The notes under the pieces: model-generated
Databases searched by the model: none
Told to the model about the DNA's origin: nothing
The model's input: the letters and a program-made list of their open reading frames with translations, nothing else
In this document: positions 54,969 through 63,900 of the stretch, piece by piece
How positions within the stretch are numbered: the stretch's first letter is position 1
How the letters are laid out: every line of letters begins with the position of its first letter
Program-made: the position numbers and the translations under genes
Source: Bacteroidota bacterium
GTDB lineage: Bacteria; Bacteroidota; Bacteroidia; Bacteroidales; GCA-2748055
Length of the DNA stretch: 64,000 nucleotides
Direction of reading: 5' to 3'
Assembly: GCA_039714655.1 (NCBI GenBank)
Contig: JBDLIX010000004.1
Coordinates: forward strand, 21,758 to 85,757

Positions 54969-57362
54969 ATGAATAAAAAAATTGAAGAAATCCATCTGAT
55001 CAATTTAAGTCATACTGATTTTGGATATACCGACCTGCCTTCAAGTGCATGGGATTACCTTGTAAAAAATATCAGCCTGGCCATGGATTATTGCGAAGAA
55101 ACAAAAAACTACCCTTTTGAAGCTCAGTTTAAATGGACCGTTGAGTCAATCTGGGTATTGGAGCAGTTTCTTAACCAAGCATCGACTGATGATATTCTCC
55201 GGTTTGATCAGCTGGTTTCCGATGGTTTAATTGAGGTTACTGCAATGCCTGGTAACATGTCTTGTCTTGTAGGAGCATACGAGTGGGAAAATGAACTTGA
55301 CAGGCTCTCCTTCATTTATGAGAAATATAAACCCTGTGTTGCCATTCAGAACGATGTAAACGGGATACCACTAGGTATGATTGGTTCATTGCAAAAGCGA
55401 AACGTGAAATACATGGTGACGGGGTCAAATCCTTATAGTGGTGATATACCAGTACCGGCATCATCGGTTTTTTGGTGGAAAAACAATGAAAACCAACGAA
55501 TTCTATTTTATCTGGGGGAAGGTTATGCAGAGGCATACGATTACTTCCATGAGAAAGAATGGAGGCGTGGACCGGTTCCTAATCGGTATGACTTGTGGTT
55601 TAACCCACCCACAGGAAATGAAATTTTTAGTTCGGATAAGAAAGATGTACTGGCATCATTCGACATATTAAAAAGTAAATTAGAAAAATTAATCCGGCAA
55701 GGGTATCTATACTCAGTCATGCAAATGTCATTTTCAAATCAATGGTTTATCGATAATGATCTTCCATGCCGCCAGTTGAGTGAATTTATCAAAGCATGGA
55801 ACGAATTAGAGCTTCAGCCAAAACTTGTCTTCTCAACTCCTGCCCACTTTTTTGAAAAAGTAAGCGGAGAAATTTCCCCCCAACTTAAAACCATTCATGG
55901 TGAATGGTGCGACTGGTGGGCTGATGGAATCGCAGCTTCACCTTCCGAAGTTGCAATTTTACAGGCGGCGAAACGGCGGAATGTGGATATTGGAAATGCC
56001 ATAAAGCTAATGGATGCTTCTACACCTTCACTTACTAAACAAATTACCGAACTTAACCACGACCTGACCTTTGCATCAGAACACACTTGGGGAGCTTACG
56101 ACAGTGTTGCCCGTCCCTACGGAGAACGTACCAAAGGCAACCATGGACAAAAATTTGATTATTTCTATAGGGCCGATGAAAATTCGAAACGGATAAAAGC
56201 GGAAATTATCAGGAACTCCGAAAGTTATAAACCTTTTTCGCGTACCCGAACCATCGAGGTTTTAAACCCCGGACTTAAAACCAGGAGTGGATGGGCTGAA
56301 ATATCAGCACAGGGTTTGCGCTTCAAAGCTAACGGCGCTATGGATATAAATACAGGTCAGTTTTACCCTTTTGAAGAAACACTAGCATCAGAGTGGGGTA
56401 CTCTCGAAGGGTCGTCGTTGACTCCTCAGGATATACCGAATGATGTTTGGCCATTCCGCCCAGCACAATACCGTTTTCATATCGAAAACCTTCATCCAGG
56501 GCAAAAACGAAAATTTGAATTGGTGCAGATTGATAAACCATCAGTAAGGCGGGTTCACCAAAGTCAATTTTTTGATTTGGTGACAGAACCAAAAACAGGG
56601 GCAATAAAAAACGTGATTTATAAGCCACTCAATAAATCCTTGTTCGATGAAAATTCCGGATATTTGCCCGGTCAATTAGTTTTAGAGCGTCCACACGGTG
56701 ATTACAGCCGGAATGCAATTGCAGAAAGGAAGCTGGAACAGGAGAATTTAAAAGAAACAGTACCAGAAGTTGTTGAAAAGCTGAACTTGGATAGCAAATA
56801 TGCCATTCGTTTCAAAACAGTACAGAAGGAAAGATTTGCAAAGCGTATAGAACAACAGTGGGACTTTTTCGACCACATCCCCCGAATTGAAATAACAACA
56901 ACCATTTGGATGAAGGAAAACCTTGATCCAATTGCTGGGTATTTTGCCTTTCCCTTTGACATTAAATCGCCAAAAGCTTTTTATCATTCTTTAGGCGCTT
57001 TGGTGCAGGTTGGTACCGATCAAATGCCAAATACCTGTGGAGAATACAATACTATTCAAAATGGTGTGTCGTACCAGGGAGTCGATATCAGCCTGGCCAT
57101 CAGCACCCCTGATTCGCCTTTGGGTATTTTCGATTCAATTGTGAGAGGTAAAAAAAGAACAACTTTTATACCTCAGACAGGCCATTTCTATAATATTGCT
57201 TTTCAAAACTATTGGATAACTAACTTCTCTGTGCTTTATCCTACTAAACTGGTGATCAGGCATATTATTGAATGTGATGCACCTGGGACAAACGTTTTAC
57301 CCACTGCAAACAATGAATTCTGGACCTATCCGGCTAATGAAAAATTAAATCAGTCTAATTAA
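54969..57362 (+). CDS. GH38-like (alpha-mannosidase-type N-terminal domain) glycoside hydrolase
   Basis: 797 aa from the ATG at 54969. IHLINLSHTDFGYTD resembles the metal-binding HxD start of GH38/GH57-fold enzymes. No signal peptide is evident. The gene looks AT-richer than the genes to its left. Confidence 0.45.
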   Translation: MNKKIEEIHLINLSHTDFGYTDLPSSAWDYLVKNISLAMDYCEETKNYPFEAQFKWTVESIWVLEQFLNQASTDDILRFDQLVSDGLIEVTAMPGNMSCLVGAYEWENELDRLSFIYEKYKPCVAIQNDVNGIPLGMIGSLQKRNVKYMVTGSNPYSGDIPVPASSVFWWKNNENQRILFYLGEGYAEAYDYFHEKEWRRGPVPNRYDLWFNPPTGNEIFSSDKKDVLASFDILKSKLEKLIRQGYLYSVMQMSFSNQWFIDNDLPCRQLSEFIKAWNELELQPKLVFSTPAHFFEKVSGEISPQLKTIHGEWCDWWADGIAASPSEVAILQAAKRRNVDIGNAIKLMDASTPSLTKQITELNHDLTFASEHTWGAYDSVARPYGERTKGNHGQKFDYFYRADENSKRIKAEIIRNSESYKPFSRTRTIEVLNPGLKTRSGWAEISAQGLRFKANGAMDINTGQFYPFEETLASEWGTLEGSSLTPQDIPNDVWPFRPAQYRFHIENLHPGQKRKFELVQIDKPSVRRVHQSQFFDLVTEPKTGAIKNVIYKPLNKSLFDENSGYLPGQLVLERPHGDYSRNAIAERKLEQENLKETVPEVVEKLNLDSKYAIRFKTVQKERFAKRIEQQWDFFDHIPRIEITTTIWMKENLDPIAGYFAFPFDIKSPKAFYHSLGALVQVGTDQMPNTCGEYNTIQNGVSYQGVDISLAISTPDSPLGIFDSIVRGKKRTTFIPQTGHFYNIAFQNYWITNFSVLYPTKLVIRHIIECDAPGTNVLPTANNEFWTYPANEKLNQSN

Positions 57363-57469
57363 ATCATGAAAACAAAACCAGTTTTTAATTCATCAGGAAA
57401 TGTTTTTTTTCATAGTTTAGACCAGAAGTTGCACCTGCTTCTTGAATTTTCAGTCTTTGAACTGTGATT

Positions 57470-58039
57470 ATGAACGACCCTGACAAAAGACTTCTGTTAC
57501 GGATAAAGGACGGTGACAGGAAAGCATTTGACCGGCTTTTTGAAGAGCATTTCGAAGAGCTGTGCAAATACGCATTTTCATTGGTCAGGGAGAAGAGTGC
57601 TGCAGAGGAAATTGTTACTGAGGTTTTTTACCGCATATGGTGCAAACGAAATAAGATCCAAATAAAAGTATCTGCAAAGAGATACCTGTTGAAATCTGTC
57701 TATAACGTCTCGCTGAATTATTTGAAACATATCGGTGTTGTAAAGAAATACAGGGACCTTAACATTGTTATGCTCAAGGAACAGGAAGTTTTCTCCGACA
57801 ATTACAACAGCTCTCCGCTGGTTATGCTGGAATATGGTGAACTTGAAGCATTGGTCAATGATATTATTGATAATCTACCTGATCAGTGTGGGAAAGTATT
57901 TACGATGAACCGTTTCGAGGGAATGAAATACCGCGAAATCGCTGATGCACTTGGTATTTCACTTTCAACGGTTAAGTATCATATGTCAACGGCCCTGGAT
58001 AGATTGCATGACAAACTGAACGGATATCTGGATCGCTAA
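57470..58039 (+). CDS. ECF sigma factor (PUL-associated)
   Basis: KDGDRKAFDRLFEEHFEELCKYAFSL..AEEIVTEVFYRIW is region 2. CGKVFTMNRFEGMKYREIADALGISLSTVKYHMSTAL is region 4. The ATG at 57470 is preferred. Confidence 0.85.
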   Translation: MNDPDKRLLLRIKDGDRKAFDRLFEEHFEELCKYAFSLVREKSAAEEIVTEVFYRIWCKRNKIQIKVSAKRYLLKSVYNVSLNYLKHIGVVKKYRDLNIVMLKEQEVFSDNYNSSPLVMLEYGELEALVNDIIDNLPDQCGKVFTMNRFEGMKYREIADALGISLSTVKYHMSTALDRLHDKLNGYLDR

Positions 58040-58043
58040 GCAA

Positions 58044-59198
58044 ATGAGTAACCAGGAGAACATAGAGAATGGTTTAGGTCACATTGATTCCGGGATAAAG
58101 GAGCAGGTGCAGCTGTTTGTCACAGGGGAGTTGAATGAGGATTCGCAAAAGGAGGTATTAAACTGGATCAGTTCCAGTTCCCGGAACCGCCGGTATTATA
58201 ACGGGCTTCGAGCAGCATTGAGGGCAGCTGAATATTACAGCTCTGATAAGAAGTATGACATTGAACGGGTTCGATCCAGGCTGAATAACAGGATTGAACT
58301 TGCCGGTAAAGAGAAAAAGAGGGATTTCAGGCTCCTTTTCCGGGTTGCTGCCTCCCTGCTGTTACTGGTAAGCACATATGTTGTTTTTCAAAGAATCAGG
58401 GAGTATAAATCAACAGAAACAACCTCCGTTATCTATAATACCATTGAATCCCCTTTCGGATCGCGTACCCGTATTTGCCTTCCCGACAGCACTTATGTTG
58501 TACTCAATGCCGGAAGCACTTTAAGATATCCGGCTGACTTTCTTGGCAGGAAGGGCCGGGAGGTGTTATTGAGCGGGGAAGGTTTTTTCGAGGTAAGGAA
58601 GCAGAAACAGAATGAGTTTGTTGTAAAGGTAGGAGATATCGGGATCACAGCGCTGGGGACCTCTTTTAATGTGAAGGCGTACCCTGAAGAGGCAGTGATT
58701 GAGGCGACCCTGGTAGAAGGATTACTGAGGATCAACCGGGGTGACAGCAAGGAAGGAGTCATCATCCTCAGGCCCAATGAAAAGATCTCCCTGGTAAAGG
58801 GGGAGGGCGGGATTCTCAGGGAGGATGCCGGTCAGGCTTCCGTGGGAAAGGTGAAATCTTTACAGATACAAAAGATACCTATTCGTGAGGTTCAAGTTAA
58901 AAGAAGGATCGATCCCATAACAGAAATATCCTGGAAGGAGAAGGAGTGGGTAATCCGGGGGGAAACCATGGAGGAGCTTTCGGTGATGCTGGAGAGAAGG
59001 TATAATATAGATATCGTATTGGGTGACGAAGAGGTAGGGAGTTTTAGTTTTTCAGGTACCCTGAAGGATGAGACCCTGCAGCAGGTGTTGTATGCCATCC
59101 GTGCCACAGCTCCGGTTGACTATCAGATCGAAGGAAGCAGGGTTGTGCTCACACAAAACAGTAGCTCAAGAAAGCAATACGACCTGATCAGGTATTAA
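58044..59198 (+). CDS. FecR-family anti-sigma factor, copy 1
   Basis: 384 aa, starting 4 nt after the sigma stop. The TM helix is VAASLLLLVSTYVVF and the FecR domain is CLPDSTYVVLNAGSTLRYP..GEGFFEV. A DUF4974-like C-terminus follows. Confidence 0.88.
   Translation: MSNQENIENGLGHIDSGIKEQVQLFVTGELNEDSQKEVLNWISSSSRNRRYYNGLRAALRAAEYYSSDKKYDIERVRSRLNNRIELAGKEKKRDFRLLFRVAASLLLLVSTYVVFQRIREYKSTETTSVIYNTIESPFGSRTRICLPDSTYVVLNAGSTLRYPADFLGRKGREVLLSGEGFFEVRKQKQNEFVVKVGDIGITALGTSFNVKAYPEEAVIEATLVEGLLRINRGDSKEGVIILRPNEKISLVKGEGGILREDAGQASVGKVKSLQIQKIPIREVQVKRRIDPITEISWKEKEWVIRGETMEELSVMLERRYNIDIVLGDEEVGSFSFSGTLKDETLQQVLYAIRATAPVDYQIEGSRVVLTQNSSSRKQYDLIRY
58094..59160 (+). repeat. Direct repeat copy A (1067 bp, period 1390 bp)
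   Basis: Matches 59484-60550. I saw 4 mismatches (58112, 58130, 58134, 58135), all in the first 42 bp. The rest looks identical, based on the lines I compared, the identical translations, and the identical antisense ORFs offset by 1390. Confidence 0.9.
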
Positions 59199-59231
59199 AT
59201 TTCCGTAAAAGGGATTCTGGTACAAAAGTAA

Positions 59232-59261
59232 GAGGCTGCCTCAAAAGAGACAGCCCCTTTT
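59232..59261 (+). terminator. Hairpin terminator after fecR copy 1
   Basis: GAGGCTGCCTC-AAAA-GAGACAGCCCC pairs at 9 of 11 positions and is followed by TTTT. It has the same GAGGCTGYCTC-AAAA design as the terminator at 34360. Confidence 0.55.
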
Positions 59262-59287
59262 GTATGCCTTGCACAGCCGGTTTCTTT

Positions 59288-59324
59288 TTGCGGAATCTGC
59301 CGACCATCCGTCGCACACTAACAC
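59288..59324 (+). repeat. 37-nt conserved leader motif, copy A (orphaned)
   Basis: TTGCGGAATCTGCCGACCATCCGTCGCACACTAACAC matches 60877-60913 at 33 of 37 positions. Here it is not followed by a susC gene. Confidence 0.7.
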
Positions 59325-59454
59325 GATCCAAAATTACAAATTAATGATGATATCAATGGCCTTATTCACAAATGGTAAAAATTAAATCGTAATCCGGCCT
59401 GTACAAAAATAAACCTGAGTTGTCTATTAAATTAGAAAGCAGGAAGTAGTAATA

Positions 59455-60588
59455 ATGAAAAGTACAGATTTCATAGATCAGGAGATAAAGGAGCAGGTGC
59501 AACTGTTTGTCACAGGGGAATTGGCTGAGGATTCGCAAAAGGAGGTATTAAACTGGATCAGTTCCAGTTCCCGGAACCGCCGGTATTATAACGGGCTTCG
59601 AGCAGCATTGAGGGCAGCTGAATATTACAGCTCTGATAAGAAGTATGACATTGAACGGGTTCGATCCAGGCTGAATAACAGGATTGAACTTGCCGGTAAA
59701 GAGAAAAAGAGGGATTTCAGGCTCCTTTTCCGGGTTGCTGCCTCCCTGCTGTTACTGGTAAGCACATATGTTGTTTTTCAAAGAATCAGGGAGTATAAAT
59801 CAACAGAAACAACCTCCGTTATCTATAATACCATTGAATCCCCTTTCGGATCGCGTACCCGTATTTGCCTTCCCGACAGCACTTATGTTGTACTCAATGC
59901 CGGAAGCACTTTAAGATATCCGGCTGACTTTCTTGGCAGGAAGGGCCGGGAGGTGTTATTGAGCGGGGAAGGTTTTTTCGAGGTAAGGAAGCAGAAACAG
60001 AATGAGTTTGTTGTAAAGGTAGGAGATATCGGGATCACAGCGCTGGGGACCTCTTTTAATGTGAAGGCGTACCCTGAAGAGGCAGTGATTGAGGCGACCC
60101 TGGTAGAAGGATTACTGAGGATCAACCGGGGTGACAGCAAGGAAGGAGTCATCATCCTCAGGCCCAATGAAAAGATCTCCCTGGTAAAGGGGGAGGGCGG
60201 GATTCTCAGGGAGGATGCCGGTCAGGCTTCCGTGGGAAAGGTGAAATCTTTACAGATACAAAAGATACCTATTCGTGAGGTTCAAGTTAAAAGAAGGATC
60301 GATCCCATAACAGAAATATCCTGGAAGGAGAAGGAGTGGGTAATCCGGGGGGAAACCATGGAGGAGCTTTCGGTGATGCTGGAGAGAAGGTATAATATAG
60401 ATATCGTATTGGGTGACGAAGAGGTAGGGAGTTTTAGTTTTTCAGGTACCCTGAAGGATGAGACCCTGCAGCAGGTGTTGTATGCCATCCGTGCCACAGC
60501 TCCGGTTGACTATCAGATCGAAGGAAGCAGGGTTGTGCTCACACAAAACAAGGCACAGAGAAGGTTATACCAAAAGACGCTTAAATAG
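59455..60588 (+). CDS. FecR-family anti-sigma factor, copy 2
   Basis: 377 aa. It is identical to copy 1 from ..EDSQKEVLNW to ..VVLTQN. The first ~25 aa and the last 12 aa differ (KAQRRLYQKTLK versus SSSRKQYDLIRY). Confidence 0.85.
   Translation: MKSTDFIDQEIKEQVQLFVTGELAEDSQKEVLNWISSSSRNRRYYNGLRAALRAAEYYSSDKKYDIERVRSRLNNRIELAGKEKKRDFRLLFRVAASLLLLVSTYVVFQRIREYKSTETTSVIYNTIESPFGSRTRICLPDSTYVVLNAGSTLRYPADFLGRKGREVLLSGEGFFEVRKQKQNEFVVKVGDIGITALGTSFNVKAYPEEAVIEATLVEGLLRINRGDSKEGVIILRPNEKISLVKGEGGILREDAGQASVGKVKSLQIQKIPIREVQVKRRIDPITEISWKEKEWVIRGETMEELSVMLERRYNIDIVLGDEEVGSFSFSGTLKDETLQQVLYAIRATAPVDYQIEGSRVVLTQNKAQRRLYQKTLK
59484..60550 (+). repeat. Direct repeat copy B (1067 bp)
   Basis: See copy A at 58094-59160. 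Confidence 0.9.
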
Positions 60589-60591
60589 TTT

Positions 60592-60635
60592 AGTTTAATA
60601 GTTGGTTGAGTTTTAATAGTTGGTTTAGTTTTAGG
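60592..60635 (+). repeat. Imperfect 17-18-nt tandem repeat (AGTTT(T)AATAGTTGGTT(G/T)), about 2.5 units
   Basis: Read directly from the sequence, starting 4 nt after the fecR-2 stop. It ends in the 12-mer TTTAGTTTTAGG, which also occurs at 27321-27332. Confidence 0.7.
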
Positions 60636-60642
60636 TTAGAAG

Positions 60643-60677
60643 GGTTATGAGGGCCCGAAAAACGGGTCCTCTTAACC
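60643..60677 (+). other. 15-bp-arm hairpin (2 mismatches) with an AAAAA loop and no U-tract
   Basis: GGTTATGAGGGCCCG-aaaaa-CGGGTCCTCTTAACC. It sits between fecR-2 and susC-2, the same position as the hairpin at 28727. Confidence 0.55.
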
Positions 60678-60876
60678 TACCTTAAACAAATAAAACGCAC
60701 AAATTGAACAACAAATAGTAATACTAACTCAATGCTTAATTACTAATCTTAAAACTATCTACCATGAAAAAAATGAACTCACCATGAAGAGATTTCCATT
60801 GCAACCTATTCATTCATAAGTATTTATGAATCAATAAGGGTAAAGAGATCTATTGAAAACAAAGGTCAGTATCTTC

Positions 60877-60913
60877 TTGCGGAATCTGCTGACCATTCGT
60901 CAAACACTAACAC
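60877..60913 (+). promoter_or_regulatory. 37-nt conserved leader motif, copy B, ending 8 nt before the susC-2 ATG
   Basis: TTGCGGAATCTGCTGACCATTCGTCAAACACTAACAC. Its conservation with 59288-59324 suggests a functional promoter or leader element. Confidence 0.4.
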
Positions 60914-60921
60914 AAATAAAC

Positions 60922-63900
60922 ATGAAGAAAAATGAATTGTCCGTTTTCTTCCACCAACGGAAGAGAACCCTAAAAATTCTGCTGACTATGAAACTTGTTT
61001 TAATACTGACCAGCATTTTCGCATTAACCATTCAGGCTTCGGTTTTCTCTCAGGCTCGAAAGATCTCCATTGAAGCAAATGGAGAAACCATCAGACAGGT
61101 TATGCAGGAGATTGAAACAAAAAGTGATTACAGGTTTTTCTACAATGATCAGCTGGCCAACCTTGAGGAGAGGGTTGATTTTGTTGCTGATAATATAACT
61201 GAGTTTGAGGCTATTGAACGTCTGTTTGAAGGACAGGATCTGACTTTCCAGCTGATGGAGAATAATCTTGTCCTGATCATGCCGACTTCGCTTGCCCGGC
61301 AGACCAATGTCACCGGAGTTGTGACCGACGAAAGCGGAATGATACTGATTGGAGTCACCGTCGTTGAAAAAGGAACAACTAATGGTGTTATTACTGATCT
61401 TAATGGTCGCTATAGGATTACTGTTGCTCCCGATGCTGTATTAGTATTTTCATCAATTGGCATGGAAACAATGGAAGAAACTGTGAATGGCCGTACTGCG
61501 ATTGATATAACTATGACAGCAAGCTTTTTTGCTTTAGATGAGGTGGTCGTAACATCCCTTGGTATCAAAAAAGAGAAAAGGAAGGTCGGCTATTCTGTAC
61601 AGAGTGTAACTACTGAGGAGTTGTCAGTAGCACGTGAAGCGAATGTTGTCAATTCCCTTGCCGGTAAAGTTGCGGGTCTTGATCTGACCAGAACCGGTGG
61701 AGGCGTGGGCTCTGCTGCAAGGGTGGTGCTTCGTGGTAACCGCTCAATAGCCGGAAATAACCAACCACTTTATATCGTTGATGGTGTACCCATATCCGGT
61801 TCAACCAACGGTGGGAATGGTAGTGAGTCCGGAAGTGCCTGGCAGCCAGTTGACGGGATCAGTAACATTAATCCTGATGATATAGAATCTGTAACCGTAC
61901 TGAAAGGTGCCAATGCAACGGCTTTGTACGGATCGAGAGCACAAAACGGTGCCATCGTTATTACAACTAAAAAAGGCAGGGCAACGGGTCTTGGAATAGA
62001 GTTTTCTACAAACATCTCCATGGAAACCCCTATGATTTTGACAAAATTCCAGAATGAATATGGACAAGGTATTGAAGGCACATATGTAGAAACGGGTGAA
62101 CAGTCGTGGGGGCCAAAGATGACTGGACAAATGGTAGATCACTGGTCACCGGACCCAAATTGGGAGGGACCGGCTCAGCACGCATTTTCACCTCAACCCA
62201 ACAATGTAAAAGATTTCTTTTCAACGGGTATAAATCTGGCAAATACAATTGCTGTCAATACAGGGAATGAACAAACCCAGGCGTACATCTCATATACCAA
62301 TACACAGTCACAAGGTATTCTGGAAAATAACAAACTAAGGAGAAACAATTTCAATGTTCGCCTGACGTCAGATCTTTCGAAGAAGCTCACTGTTGATGCA
62401 AAATTGAGTTACATCAATCAGGAGATCGATAACTCAGTGATGAATGGTGATAATTCTTATAATCCAGTACGTGCGTTGTATCGTCAAGCGAGAAATATTT
62501 CACTCGAAGATGCCCAAAATTATGAGTATTTAGATGCTGAGGGTAATCTGCTTCAGCACTATTGGTATCCATATAGTATTGAAGGTCAAAACGTACATTG
62601 GATAGTAAATAATACAAGTCGCTTTGATCAGCGTGATCGTATTTTAGCGTTGGCTTCCTTAAGATACGAAATTACAGAGGGTTTGAGCCTTATGATCCGT
62701 AGTTCTTTAGATAAAATCAATGATGGGTATAATGTCAAAGCTTTTAATGACACATACATCGAAGGAGAAGGGGGTAATTATCGTGTAGGGTATGATAATG
62801 TTATGGAAATGAACAATGATTTTATTCTGAATTACAACCATCAATGGAATGATACCTGGTCTGTGGATCTTTCTTTAGGTGGCAACATGCGCAATAACAG
62901 TTGGGATGGCCTTAGAAGCGAAATAGGTGGAAGGTATGGGAATTTCATTACAGCAAACCTGTTTTCACTTCAAAACGCTACTACTAAAATGACTTGGGAC
63001 AAGGGTGGTACGAAGAAAATGAATTCGTTATATGCTTTTGCCAATATAGGTTTTAAGGATTACCTCTATTTGGATTTGACTTACAGAAATGACTGGTCAT
63101 CGACCCTGCCTCCTGAGGCATGGTCATATAGTTACCCCTCAGCCGGTCTTACATGGATAATTTCAGATATGGCAAATTCATTGCCAGACTGGTTAACATT
63201 TGCCAAAGCCCGTGCCTCTTATGCAATTGTGGGTAACGATACCGGATGGGCCCAGTTAAATCAGGTGTATGGAGTTCAAGGAGGTGGTGATGCTGGCTTT
63301 GCCTATAGATCGGGCGCTTTGCCACCACACGGACTGAAACCTGAAAAAACCAATTCACTGGAAATGGGTGGAGATGTGAGGCTTTTTAAAAACCGTGTAG
63401 GTTTAGATTTTACATGGTACAAAACCAATACATTTGAGCAATTGATCAGAATACCTCTTCCCGTTACTTCCGGTTGGTCCAGTACATTGGTTAATGCCGG
63501 TAATATTGAGAATAGGGGTGTGGAGATAATACTCAATGCCACACCTGTAATTGCAGGCGATTTCAGATGGGACCTTTCCATCAACTTTGCCCACAACGAA
63601 AATACAGTCATTGAGATAACTGATGAGATTCAGGAATATCGTCTCAGTGGTGGCTGGATGAATGATATTTTTGTGGTTGAAGGTGAACCTTATGGCGAAA
63701 TTTATACACAAGGTTTCCAGAGGGATGACAATGATAATGTATTGATCCAGGAGGCAAATGGACTGCCTTATATTACGGCAGGAAAGACGCTGCCGATGGG
63801 TAATTACAACCCTGACTGGATGGGTGGTTTTTCAAATCAGTTGCGCTTTAAGAATATCAATCTGGGTATCTTAATGGATATGAGAATGGGTGGATCGATG

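Noticed and set aside
58094-60550. Whether the repeat is an insertion sequence or other mobile element
   Set aside because: There is no transposase or integrase ORF, no terminal inverted repeats and no target-site duplication. The repeated unit is the body of a fecR gene.
60592-60635. A CRISPR-like or minisatellite array
   Set aside because: There are only about 2.5 imperfect 17-18-nt units with no spacers and no cas genes. It is simply a short tandem repeat.
60877-60913. Reading the 37-nt motif as a canonical ECF promoter (GGAAT ... CGTC)
   Set aside because: The spacer between GGAAT and CGTC is only 12 nt, whereas characterised ECF promoters have about 16-18 nt. It is reported only as a conserved leader motif of unknown mechanism.
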